The translations under genes were made by a program, and so were the position numbers. A stretch of DNA of 64,000 bases from assembly GCA_963748825.1 (NCBI GenBank), contig CAVVKN010000009.1, positions 32,001-96,000 on the forward strand. Direction: 5' to 3'. Under the pieces are notes generated by a model that saw only the letters and a list, made by a program, of their open reading frames with translations, was not told the DNA's origin and ran no database searches. Below are positions 1-9,407 of the stretch, piece by piece. The first letter of the stretch is position 1; every line of letters starts with the position of its first letter. The DNA is from Methanotrichaceae archaeon. Its GTDB lineage: Archaea; Halobacteriota; Methanosarcinia; Methanotrichales; Methanotrichaceae.

Positions 1-1231
1 CTTCCTCTGCAAGCTTGCGTTCGGTGATGTCCGTACCCTGGGCCATGGTTGATAAGTGCGTCTTGCCATCATCTGCATAAATGTTCGCTGAGTTCCAGAG
101 CACAATTCTGATCGATCCATCGTTGTGAAGTATCGGAACCTCCACAGACACCCAATACTCACCAGCCAGGGTGCGCTCGATCTTACCAATAGATTTGTCG
201 CGGCTTGATTCTGGGAAGAGGATATCAAGTCTCTGGCCGGTGACCTCCTCTGCTCTGTGCCCTATTAAACGCTCAAAGGCATGATTGAACCTTGTGATTC
301 TGAAAGAGGTGTCCCAGACGATGATGGGTCCATTGGCATGATTGAACAGGCTCTCCAGGTAGTTGCGAGTTTCTCGCAGCGCGTCCTCAGCTTGCTTTCG
401 ATCGGAAATGTCCCTGATCATACCCACTATGAACTGATTTCCGGCGTTATCCGTATAAAGCGTCTTCTTAGTTGTGATATCGCGGATCGTACTCTGAGAG
501 TCTGTGATCTTCTCATCATTAATGTTCTCTTCACCTGATTCGAAGACCATCTCGTCCTTTTCTAAAAAGACATCGGCCTGATCCTTTGAGAAGAAATCGT
601 GATCTGTACGACCTATGATCTCTTCACGGAGATGCCCCATCAGGTTGCACATGGCATCATTGACGAGTACGAATCTGTGGTTCCTGTTCTTGACAAATAT
701 TGGGTCGCCCATGGAGTTGATTATCTTATTCAGATAGTCTTCTGATTCTTTCTGCTTTTCCTCAGCCTTCTTGCGCTCGGTAATGTCCAGGATGACCCCC
801 ACCAGGCCAGCTAAGCGGCCTCTAGTGTCGAAAAGGGGGGCTTTGTTTAACATCACATTTCGTCTATTGCCGTCTGCGTGGATAATCGCAGTCTCGTATA
901 TCTGTACCCCGAGATTCTGGAACAGAGAATTATCCTCTCTGCAATATATATCGGCCAGATCTTTAGGGTATGCCTCATAAACAGTCTTGCCAACCATAAT
1001 CTCTTTGCTTAGACCCGTAAAGGACTCAAAAGCCGTGTTACACCCTCGGTAAACCCCTTTTGTGTCCTTGAAAAAGATGGGATTTGGGATAACATCGATC
1101 ATTTGTTGCAAAAAATTCAGTTGACCCTCCTGCCCAACTGTATTCATAATATTGGCAAAATCAGGTTCAGATCCTATCTTTATCTTGGAATGTGCTTGTG
1201 AATGTGATATGTCCTTCCCTTGTCTCACCAT
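1..1231 (-). CDS. Multi-PAS sensor protein (probably a histidine kinase), 5' part; continues beyond the window
   Basis: Manual translation from ATG 1231 is open to the window edge: MVRQGKD..IPNPIFFKD..DITERKKAEE..DISDRKQAED..DITERKLAEE, i.e. three PAS/PAC units. Confidence 0.85.
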   Translation of the reverse strand, partial: MVRQGKDISHSQAHSKIKIGSEPDFANIMNTVGQEGQLNFLQQMIDVIPNPIFFKDTKGVYRGCNTAFESFTGLSKEIMVGKTVYEAYPKDLADIYCREDNSLFQNLGVQIYETAIIHADGNRRNVMLNKAPLFDTRGRLAGLVGVILDITERKKAEEKQKESEDYLNKIINSMGDPIFVKNRNHRFVLVNDAMCNLMGHLREEIIGRTDHDFFSKDQADVFLEKDEMVFESGEENINDEKITDSQSTIRDITTKKTLYTDNAGNQFIVGMIRDISDRKQAEDALRETRNYLESLFNHANGPIIVWDTSFRITRFNHAFERLIGHRAEEVTGQRLDILFPESSRDKSIGKIERTLAGEYWVSVEVPILHNDGSIRIVLWNSANIYADDGKTHLSTMAQGTDITERKLAEE

Positions 1232-1741
1232 TTTTTACCCCATGATCTAAAACACATAGTGGAGACGACCTTTCGTCGGATTTCCCACTATGATTGCCAA
1301 TATTATTTAAAACTTCCCGAAGAGCGAATCACAGCTAATTACACAAAACGTGGTTTAAAATCAGATAAGTTCCCGCAAAAAATCGCGAGAATTTGGTGCA
1401 CTCTCTTTGGAATGATGCAAGAATCATCTTAAATCAAAAAGCACACGGGTAAAGGCCAAGGGTCCACAGTATGACTAACATAAGTTCTAATCATATAATA
1501 TTACTATTACGGGCAAAGACATGCAGAATACCTGTCCACGCATGCTCGGTCCTGAGCTAGAGCTAACCTGTAGCATTACATACCCAAGTAAGAGCTTATC
1601 GATCGATGTCATACCTCTGCCTCAAAGGTCATCTTAGCGCCCAAAAAACCTCGATCATTCAAATTACGGCGGCGCACCCCGCTGCAAGCGAAGTGGCATG
1701 TTTGGTGCCGCCGTCGTTTGACTGGACAAGATGAAATTTTA

Positions 1742-2050
1742 GCGAGTGAGGAGAGTAAGCCCCCTTCTGTTCTTTGACGGCATTCAGCTTAGCGCCATAC
1801 CCGAGCTTGGCTGGACGTCCGTGATTTCAGCTCTATTTTGGCTTGCACCCACAGGGTTTCGCCGTTTCATCCGCTTCCCGCGCGACCTCAGCCTCGCGGC
1901 ATCATCGCTTTAACGCGGAGCGGTCTCGTTTCTGTGCCAGAGCCGGAGCTCTCGCCCCACATCCTTTAGGGGATGTCTGTGTGTCCAGTGGTGGGGGGAC
2001 TTTCCACACCGGCCAGAGTTGGCCAGCGGCAGCCGCCCTTCCTCTCTCGC
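1742..2050 (-). ncRNA. rnpB: Archaeal RNase P RNA
   Basis: Minus strand has GGAAAGTCC near the 5' end and AACAGAAGGGGGCTTA near the 3' end; the termini pair (P1: GCGAGAGAGGA / TCCTCACTCGC). Confidence 0.95.
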
Positions 2051-2069
2051 TATCGTTAATTTGATAAAC

Positions 2070-2080
2070 AATATATAAAG
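2070..2080 (-). promoter_or_regulatory. TATA box of rnpB
   Basis: TTTATATA on the minus strand about 25 nt upstream of the RNA 5' end. Confidence 0.6.
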
Positions 2081-2119
2081 CTATGGTCGAATGCCATTGC
2101 TCGAATGGATGCGAAATCG

Positions 2120-3382
2120 TTATTTTAGGTATTCTTCCATAATGAGTATCGCACAGTACTTTCCGCACATAGAGCAGGCCTCTGCCTTATCCTGGTGGTG
2201 GATCTCCCTGGCTCTATCGCCATCGATGGCAGCCGTGAACTGCCCCTCCCAATCCCTCGCCCTTCTGCAACCGGCTAGAATTTTGTCTTCGGATCTTGGA
2301 CCGTACTTCAAGGTATCCCCCACATGAGCTGCTATTTTGAAGGCTACAACCCCTTCCCTTACCTGGGCAACATTGGGAAGAGCCAGGTGTTCGGATGGTG
2401 TGATATAACATAGGTAATCTGCTCCTGCCCCGGCAGCAAGAGACCCGCCAACACACCCCGAGATATGGTCATACCCTACGCCAATATCGAGTGGAAGGGG
2501 GCCCGCGACGAACAGAGGCCGGTGATCGGTCATCCTCTTGTAATAGGCGACGTAGGCCGCTATCTTCTCAGGGCTGACATGCCCGCCCATCCCTTCGACG
2601 ATGACCTGAACACCCAGCTCATTCGCTCTCCTGGCCAGCCTCGCGTTCATCTCTATCTCCATCTCTTGAGGCCCATCCATTTGGTCGTGGATACATCCAC
2701 TCCTCATGGTGTTTCCGAGAGAAAGCACTACGTCCTTTTCGGAGAGTGCCTTGCATATCTCGTCAAAATGGGACATAAATGGATTCTCCCTGCTGTTTTG
2801 CAGCATCCATGCCGATGTAAAGGACCCGCCTTTGGATACCATGCCCATTATCCTCTTCGAGCTTTGAAGCTTCTCCAGCATCTCAAGGGTGAAGCCTGCA
2901 TGGACGACTATGGACGAAATCCCCATGCTAACATGCTTTTTGATCATCCGGATAAGATCTTGCTCGGTTATGTCCTGAAAAGAGCCCTTCTCGACAACTG
3001 TTTGGTATATCGGCACGGTAGTTATTGGCACGGTTGTCTCAACCAATATTTTCAGTCTTATCGCATCGATATCTCCGCCCATTGACAGATCGGAGATAGT
3101 ATCCGCTCCGTATTTTTCTGCAATCCTTGCCTTCTCGACCTCAATATCAGGATCAAAAACTTCGGCAGAGGTCCCGATGTTGGCATTGATCTTTGTCTTC
3201 AGACCTTCACCTATGCCTAAAGAGGGCTTTCCATCTCGCTGCATTACAACGATGCGTCCGGAGGCGATTTGTCTTTGCAGAAAATTGGGCTTCACTCCTT
3301 CTGCATCAGCCACTTCATCGATAACTGAGGTCTCTCTGCCAGAGATTGCATCCAGTAAGAGGTTCCTGTTCATTGGACTCAC
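2120..3382 (-). CDS. ThiC-family radical SAM enzyme (HMP-P synthase, or Bza-type 5-hydroxybenzimidazole synthase)
   Basis: KINANIGTS, GYDHI, CYITPSEHL and C-terminal CSMCGKYC; variant motifs SKGG and GNTMRSG. Confidence 0.85.
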   Translation of the reverse strand: MSPMNRNLLLDAISGRETSVIDEVADAEGVKPNFLQRQIASGRIVVMQRDGKPSLGIGEGLKTKINANIGTSAEVFDPDIEVEKARIAEKYGADTISDLSMGGDIDAIRLKILVETTVPITTVPIYQTVVEKGSFQDITEQDLIRMIKKHVSMGISSIVVHAGFTLEMLEKLQSSKRIMGMVSKGGSFTSAWMLQNSRENPFMSHFDEICKALSEKDVVLSLGNTMRSGCIHDQMDGPQEMEIEMNARLARRANELGVQVIVEGMGGHVSPEKIAAYVAYYKRMTDHRPLFVAGPLPLDIGVGYDHISGCVGGSLAAGAGADYLCYITPSEHLALPNVAQVREGVVAFKIAAHVGDTLKYGPRSEDKILAGCRRARDWEGQFTAAIDGDRAREIHHQDKAEACSMCGKYCAILIMEEYLK

Positions 3383-3469
3383 TTTGCAGCGTTAACTTAT
3401 CCCATCTGCGACCAGATACTTAAGCTTCTCGAAATACACTTATATCCCTCTGCGATTTTATTAAACACA

Positions 3470-4240
3470 ATGGCCCGAGATCAGAAAGATTACTATTACC
3501 GTCTGGCAAAGCAAGAGGGTTATAGAGCCCGCTCCGCCTATAAGCTGCTACAGGTAAATGAGAAGTTTAACATCATCAAGCGAGGGGACAGCGTGGTTGA
3601 CCTGGGTGCTGCGCCCGGCGGCTGGCTGCAGGTGGCGGCCAAGCTTTCTGGGGGCAAAATCGTGGGCGTGGACCTGGAGGGCATCGCGCCCATCCCCGGC
3701 GTGAAAACCTTCCAGGCGGACATAACCAGTGAGAGCACTGTAGATCTGGTAAAGGAGGCCCTGGGTGGGGATGCTGATGTGGTGATCTGCGATGCTGCAC
3801 CAAACCTTACCGGTGCCTGGCACAGGGATCATGCCGTCTCCGTCGACTTAGCCCGCTCGGCGCTTAAAATGGCCAAGAAGCTGCTGCGGCCGCGGGGAAA
3901 TTTCGTTGTCAAGGTCTTCCAGGGTGACATGTTCCTGGACTATTTAAACGAGGTCCGAAAGGAGTTTTCATCCGTTCACGCTCATTCGCCGCTTGCATCC
4001 AGAAAGGAGAGCGCAGAGACCTACGTCGTGGCCAAAAAGCTGCTCACCAGCCCGGTGAGGAGAGGCGATATGCTGGACGTGCAGATCGAGTATTTGGGCA
4101 AATCGGGAGATGGTGTAGCCATCGTAGAAGGCTTCGCGATCATTGTGCGCAAAGCGCAGCTGGGCGAGAAACTGCGAGTGAAGATTGATGCGGTCAAGCC
4201 CAATTTTGCCTTCGCCGATATATTAGAGAGAAAGGGTTAA
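3470..4240 (+). CDS. rlmE: 23S rRNA Um2552 methyltransferase with C-terminal TRAM domain
   Basis: [31 protein letters not shown]; TRAM motif GKSGDG..KPNFAFA. Confidence 0.93.
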   Translation: MARDQKDYYYRLAKQEGYRARSAYKLLQVNEKFNIIKRGDSVVDLGAAPGGWLQVAAKLSGGKIVGVDLEGIAPIPGVKTFQADITSESTVDLVKEALGGDADVVICDAAPNLTGAWHRDHAVSVDLARSALKMAKKLLRPRGNFVVKVFQGDMFLDYLNEVRKEFSSVHAHSPLASRKESAETYVVAKKLLTSPVRRGDMLDVQIEYLGKSGDGVAIVEGFAIIVRKAQLGEKLRVKIDAVKPNFAFADILERKG

Positions 4241-4277
4241 TAACCTGCCCAAGAAAAGCAAAAGGAAGGGCGGTGCT

Positions 4278-4568
4278 ATGGAAGACAATGCCGTAATTTT
4301 CGTCGGTGACAAACCAGTCATGAACTACGTTCTTGCCGTAATGACCCAGTTCAACAAGCCGGTCTCCACAGTAACACTGAAGGCCAGAGGACGTGCCATC
4401 TCCCGGGCAGTGGATGCGGCTGAGATCACCAGGAATCGATTTATGCTCAATATCATTGTAAAAAACATAACCATCGGCACGGAGGCCATCCAGAGTGAGG
4501 ACGGCAAGACGGTGAATGTGTCTTCGATGGAGATTGTACTGGCTAAGACGTCAACTACCACGCCCTGA
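4278..4568 (+). CDS. albA: DNA/RNA-binding protein Alba; last residues supplied by the IS end
   Basis: [33 protein letters not shown]. Confidence 0.93.
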   Translation: MEDNAVIFVGDKPVMNYVLAVMTQFNKPVSTVTLKARGRAISRAVDAAEITRNRFMLNIIVKNITIGTEAIQSEDGKTVNVSSMEIVLAKTSTTTP

Positions 4569-5901
4569 AGGACGTGGCTTGCGACTACGTAAAAAGTCGT
4601 GTCGCGTCTGGCGGGCTGACTAAACCGCCCTGAGACTCAAGGATATACCTCAAGTCTCGTGTTCGGTGCTCAATATTCAATGCACCAACTCTATCGGCAT
4701 GGGCCTCATAACCGCATTTTTCGCATCGGAAGGCTATGCCCTTCCGGTTATTTCGGCTGATGTGGTTACATCTTGGGCAGGTTTGGGAAGTAAATTCAGG
4801 ATTCACGTAGATTACAGCTATCCCGGCTTCTTTGGCTTTGTATTCCACAAAACCTTGTAGCTGTCTAAATGCCCAACTGCTATGCTCATACCTGAACTCT
4901 TTGGATACTTTGCTTTCCGTTCTCTTCCTGATGCCTGTCAAATCTTCCATACCGATTACGGAGACTTCATTTTGCGTTGCGAACTGAACAAGTTTTTTAG
5001 ATACATTATGATTCATGGCAGTCATAAACCGTGTCTCTCGACCTGCGATTTTTCTAAGCGTTCTCATAGAGGATCGAGTGCCCAAATAGCGACCGCCTGC
5101 CTTCTGAAGTCTCCGGCGTTCCTTGGATCTGATGTTACGATGATTCTTAATCTCGCCGCCTGCAAAGAATTTGCATTCCTTGTCAGTCGTCGAGGCAACA
5201 GCTAGACAATTTATGCCGACATCAACGCCCATGAAGGTAGTTGCATCAACTATATTCTTGTCTGGAATATCCGTCTCACATGCCAGATGGAAAAAGTAAG
5301 CTCCGTCTTGGTGTAAACAAAGTTTGGATGCCAGATATTTCCAAGATCCGTCTAGGTATCTTTTTGCATACTCGTAATTCAGGAGCTTGTATCTTTTGCG
5401 TCCCGCCAATGTGGTTATGCTCAGGGTGTCCCTGGATAACGTGAAATCGCGTTCAAACGAGAATGTGGCCGAGGTTGGATCGAAATCTAGGAGTTGCCAT
5501 TCAGATTCCTTTTTGTCGATCTGACTTTGCAGCGTTTTGTAAGCTCCCGACACCTGGCGAGCTACGTTACAAGCCATCTGAGATTTCAGGTTAAGATTGT
5601 TTCGTAGATGCCTGTAAGTGGTTTTTTGGATCTGGCCGCTCCCGATGGGCTTGCCGATGTCAAACACGAATTGAGATGCGTAATTCATGCCTTGGGAGAA
5701 AGCTTTTAGCAGCTCGGCTAGATCGTTATCTAGCGAATCAAGTTTCAGGATAATGGTTTTTGTGAGCTGCATGATTAAGTGCATTCACCTGATACTATAT
5801 CAATCTGATGTAGGTGAAAGTAATCATGTAAGGGGTCCAATTCCTCCCCACCCTAAAGGATGGGGACTCCTTGACCCCTTAACCCCGCGAGTTGAATTTC
5901 C
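4550..5901 (-). mobile_element. IS200/IS605-family TnpB-only (IS1341-like) element
   Basis: Right-end hairpin CCACGCCCTGAAGGACGTGG (4558-4577), with the minus strand ending GTAGTTGAC; left-end hairpin CCCCACCCTAAAGGATGGGG (5846-5865); no tnpA. Left boundary is 5891 or 5901. Confidence 0.85.
4585..5784 (-). CDS. tnpB: RNA-guided endonuclease TnpB
   Basis: RuvC motifs GVDVG, MEDL and ADRVGALNI; Zn ribbon CPRC..CEKC. Confidence 0.92.
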   Translation of the reverse strand: MHLIMQLTKTIILKLDSLDNDLAELLKAFSQGMNYASQFVFDIGKPIGSGQIQKTTYRHLRNNLNLKSQMACNVARQVSGAYKTLQSQIDKKESEWQLLDFDPTSATFSFERDFTLSRDTLSITTLAGRKRYKLLNYEYAKRYLDGSWKYLASKLCLHQDGAYFFHLACETDIPDKNIVDATTFMGVDVGINCLAVASTTDKECKFFAGGEIKNHRNIRSKERRRLQKAGGRYLGTRSSMRTLRKIAGRETRFMTAMNHNVSKKLVQFATQNEVSVIGMEDLTGIRKRTESKVSKEFRYEHSSWAFRQLQGFVEYKAKEAGIAVIYVNPEFTSQTCPRCNHISRNNRKGIAFRCEKCGYEAHADRVGALNIEHRTRDLRYILESQGGLVSPPDATRLFT

Positions 5902-6084
5902 ATGAAAATTACGAATTCATACTCTTTTGAGCACTCGTTAAAGGCATTCATTATTCTGACCAGCGAACGGAAGGCTTAAGAAAGTAAATGATGTGATATG
6001 TACCCTACTACTATCACTTGCAACTGTGCCCCCCAAGCAAGATGAGACAGAAAAAAATGAGACAGAAAAAAAAAGGTTCCTGCC

Positions 6085-6789
6085 ATGAAGCCGCAATTTG
6101 AGACACAAGTAATTGAGACAATGCAAAACACTGGGTCATCCAGATCAATTCGGTTTTGCCGGCCCCCGGGATTTGATTACCTTCCCGGTCAGTTCATAAT
6201 TCTAAAGCTTAATGGCATGCAGGGTGAAATCGAAAAGCCGCTCAGCCTCTCCAGCAGCCCTACTGAGGATTTTCTGCAGGTCACCAAAAGGCTTACCGGA
6301 CATGAGTTCTCCAATGCCCTCCTTTCCCTAAAAAAGGGAGATAATATCAGGTTTTCCGGACCCTATGGCAATTTCACCTTCAACGAAGAGCACGAGAAGA
6401 TCGCCATGCTCTCCGGTGGAATAGGCATAACGCCTCTGCGGAGCATAATAAAATACTGCACAGACAAGGGCCTGGCGACTGACATTTTCCTGTTTTACTC
6501 CAACAGGCAGGAGGATGATATTCCCTTCAAAGATGAATTCGAGGCCCTCAAGGCGAAAAATCCGAATCTTACTATCATTAATACCCTGACTCGCCCTGGT
6601 CCTTCCTGGAAAGGCCGGATCGGCAGAATCGATGCCAATATGATTAAGGAGCTCCTTCCCAATTATGCCGATTGGACATTCTATTCCAGTGGCCCGGGAA
6701 AGATGGTAGATTCCATGCTTCTCCTACTTAAGGAGATGAGCATCCCAGAGAAACAGGCTCGCAAGGAGTATTTCCCTGGCTATGACTGA
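6085..6789 (+). CDS. FNR-family FAD/NAD(P)-binding oxidoreductase
   Basis: PGQF, KPLSLSSSP, GPYG, GGIGITP, C-terminal EYFPGY. Confidence 0.85.
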   Translation: MKPQFETQVIETMQNTGSSRSIRFCRPPGFDYLPGQFIILKLNGMQGEIEKPLSLSSSPTEDFLQVTKRLTGHEFSNALLSLKKGDNIRFSGPYGNFTFNEEHEKIAMLSGGIGITPLRSIIKYCTDKGLATDIFLFYSNRQEDDIPFKDEFEALKAKNPNLTIINTLTRPGPSWKGRIGRIDANMIKELLPNYADWTFYSSGPGKMVDSMLLLLKEMSIPEKQARKEYFPGYD

Positions 6790-7005
6790 TTTGAAATCCA
6801 ATGTTTTCTTAACGCACTTACCTTAGCCCCTGTTAATCCATACGCTTGCCTCTGAAGGGCAAGGTTCAGTCATTGTATTGATAGAATAACTACTTAAGAA
6901 ATTTCCTGCTATGTGTTTTTTCTCTTGAAATGGCGATTTCCTATCCAAAAAAACGCAAAAACACAGAAGTCCTGGCAGCTCCAGGACCAAATCATGCGCA
7001 AATGC

Positions 7006-7113
7006 CTACCTTACACCAGACTTGGAGTCGGACCATTTATTCAAACCCCATGGCAATAAGACAACCATCGCTCCAAAGATTATGATCGCATATATTTGGG
7101 ACATAATATCCAT
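7006..7113 (-). CDS. 35-aa single-TM small protein
   Basis: MDIMSQIYAIIIFGAMVVLLPWGLNKWSDSKSGVR; SD GGAGGTGA upstream; hairpin plus T-tracts downstream (~6947-6988). Confidence 0.6.
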   Translation of the reverse strand: MDIMSQIYAIIIFGAMVVLLPWGLNKWSDSKSGVR

Positions 7114-7559
7114 TGATTATCACCTCCGTTTCAGTACTGCATTCCTTCTCACAGTTTGATTTCCGGTTAATAAATGCATCGGTTAAATTGTGGATGAAAA
7201 CACAAATTACTGCATTTAATGGAAAAGATATTAGTTAAAAAAAGCCAATATGGTTAGATTGCTTAATGTAAAATTCAATAAACAACGAAATAAGGCAAAT
7301 GGGTAAAAAGGTAAAAAATCACTATATGAGAAAATTTTTGGCTCTTCGCTATTTTACGTGGTTAACTTCAAGTTAGCATCAAACGAGATCCAATGCAGAT
7401 AAATGAAAATCAGCAAGCAAGGCTGCTATTTCGTTTATCCCAGATAGTATAGTTGGCCTCAAGGAGGGTTTTCGCTCCTGCCACACCGACATGAAATAGA
7501 GAGGAACCAAATTTTTTCTAATCCCCCCAGTGGCATATGATAATTATAGCCCGAATAGC

Positions 7560-7814
7560 TTACTCTTCGCTGGATGGCATATCGACAACCATCCAGTGCT
7601 TTCCACGGGTTGGAGCCTTCCTTAATGCCTCCTCAATCTCCGCATTTGCCAGTCCATCCAGCCAATCGTTAAGTTTCTTGCCAGGATTATGTTCAGTCCA
7701 GTATGATTGAAGCTTGATGTGCAGGTCGCACATGTGATTGAGGCTTATGCCACGTTGGCAGATAGGGCCGCGGCACTGTCCATGGCCCTTGAGGTCGCAC
7801 TCTGGGGATTTCAT
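7560..7814 (-). CDS. Hypothetical Cys/His-rich small protein
   Basis: 84-aa ORF with AAGGAGA SD; CDLKGHGQC..C..HMCDLH. Confidence 0.6.
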   Translation of the reverse strand: MKSPECDLKGHGQCRGPICQRGISLNHMCDLHIKLQSYWTEHNPGKKLNDWLDGLANAEIEEALRKAPTRGKHWMVVDMPSSEE

Positions 7815-7913
7815 TTCAATCTCCTTAAATGTTATCGCGAGCTTATCTAGCTTATCCCGGATTTAGACATTTTTAAAAGAAAAGGGAATTGGCAGAAAGC
7901 CCTAACCGAAACC

Positions 7914-8888
7914 TCAACAAGCTGCATCTAAGCTCTGCAGATTGAAGGACTCAGCCAATACGTCCAGGTTGACCTTGCCGCTTACAAAAGTGCGCCTCGA
8001 CTTAATCTCGTTCATGACTACTTTGGCCGGGGCAAAGACATTGTGATCCACCTTGAAGAAGTCAAAGCCTGCCGCCTTGAAGGTCTTGTAGAAGGGTGCC
8101 CCCCAATCTCGTGAGGCCTGAGACGGCATGCCTTTCAGATATTGCTGTAGCTCTTCCAGGTTCTCGTATTCCAGTGTGTAGTAAGTCTCCCCACCGTAAA
8201 TTATGGCGTCGTTAGAGGAGCCCATACACATGGTAGCGTCACCGGTTATGGGCGAGATGGGCGCCCGGCCCCAGCCGCACTTGATGGTGTTTATGTCAAA
8301 GCCCATGGTAAAGAGCTTATGCAGACCTGTCTCGACTACACGCGCCGAGACCTGCACCAGCCCGGCAATGCTGTCCGTGGGCGCAATGGCAATTCTCAGG
8401 TCAGCTGGATCGATGCCGCACTTTTCGGCAATGAGGGCGGAGACTGTTTCGTCCGGCAGCTTGTTTGACTCCAGGACAATGACTGCCACATCTGAGGACT
8501 CCTCGAAGCCGATCTTCTCGTAGAGGTCGCGGGTCTTTCTGGCCAGCACGCGCGCTGGACCGCTTCCCATGGCGAAGTACTTGTTAGCCTTGATCTGCCA
8601 CATGGCGCACTGAGAGGCCATGCAGGATACGACGGGATGGTCTGTCGCCACCTGAATGCCCGGCAATAAAACGCCTTTGATATCGAAGGGCGTAAGCTGA
8701 ATTTCCGCCAGGTCTGCCATACAGAGGCGAGAGAGGTAGACGCCTGCACCGTAGCCACCATGGGCCTTCACGCCTGCATCGGCCACAACAGTACCATTAT
8801 CAAGTTCTTGGACCTCGATTTGCAACTCGTCTGCATAATCGAGCATCTCCTCGAAGACCTCGAATCCCATTTCATTGATTCCCATCAA
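7914..8888 (-). CDS. mch: Methenyl-H4MPT cyclohydrolase
   Basis: AMGSGPAR, QVSARVVETGLHKL, NDAIIYGG, FAPA. Confidence 0.95.
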   Translation of the reverse strand: MMGINEMGFEVFEEMLDYADELQIEVQELDNGTVVADAGVKAHGGYGAGVYLSRLCMADLAEIQLTPFDIKGVLLPGIQVATDHPVVSCMASQCAMWQIKANKYFAMGSGPARVLARKTRDLYEKIGFEESSDVAVIVLESNKLPDETVSALIAEKCGIDPADLRIAIAPTDSIAGLVQVSARVVETGLHKLFTMGFDINTIKCGWGRAPISPITGDATMCMGSSNDAIIYGGETYYTLEYENLEELQQYLKGMPSQASRDWGAPFYKTFKAAGFDFFKVDHNVFAPAKVVMNEIKSRRTFVSGKVNLDVLAESFNLQSLDAAC

Positions 8889-8974
8889 GCCGGATCACCT
8901 TTCCTCATCAAGAATGCAATCGTCCATAAAAGTCTATCGATTTGATCGAGAACGGCCTCGATCAGCATCTCGAT

Positions 8975-9259
8975 TCAGCGTCCTGAACAGCAGCCATTTC
9001 CCGTGGATGGGGCCTTCACAGGACAAGACCCCAGTGCGGAGCAATTCTCTTCAGTGGAGTTATTTTGAGCGCAGACTGCACCATTGGGGCAGGTGCAGTT
9101 TCCGCTGCCATTCACGCTACAGTTTCCGGTGCAGTTTCCGTTTACCTGGCAAGTGCTGTTATCTCCGGCAAAAGGGCAGGAAATGCCGGCGGAGTTCAAG
9201 ACCAGAGCCATTCCTGCCATGAGCAGGACCAGTGCAACTATTGGAAATTTGTTCATCAT
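8975..9259 (-). CDS. Small secreted Cys-rich protein
   Basis: N-terminal hydrophobic signal; many Cys and N-x-S/T sequons; GAGG SD. Confidence 0.6.
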   Translation of the reverse strand: MMNKFPIVALVLLMAGMALVLNSAGISCPFAGDNSTCQVNGNCTGNCSVNGSGNCTCPNGAVCAQNNSTEENCSALGSCPVKAPSTGNGCCSGR

Positions 9260-9407
9260 TTATCCTCTACTTTTGTCTCAACCCTTACCCTACGAAACAT
9301 ACAGACTCCGCTTTTTCTATTTATATTTCATTGTCCAACCATCACAAACAATCAGACTCAATTATTTATATAGGAGGGTCAATTTGTATGACATTCGAGG
9401 TGGAAAA

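Noticed and set aside
1843-2168. ORFs 1843..2064 (+) and 1902..2168 (-)
   Set aside because: They overlap the RNase P RNA gene; spurious
4585-5784. TnpB as a Cas12f CRISPR effector
   Set aside because: No array or cas genes nearby; flanked by IS200/IS605 end hairpins
6042-6074. Tandem ATGAGACAGAAAAAAA x2 upstream of the oxidoreductase
   Set aside because: Two adjacent copies with no spacer; a simple slippage duplication, not CRISPR
9084-9407. 108-aa N-terminal extension of the peptidase in the ORF track
   Set aside because: Overlaps the opposite-strand Cys-rich gene and promoter; SD and signal peptide point to GTG 9408
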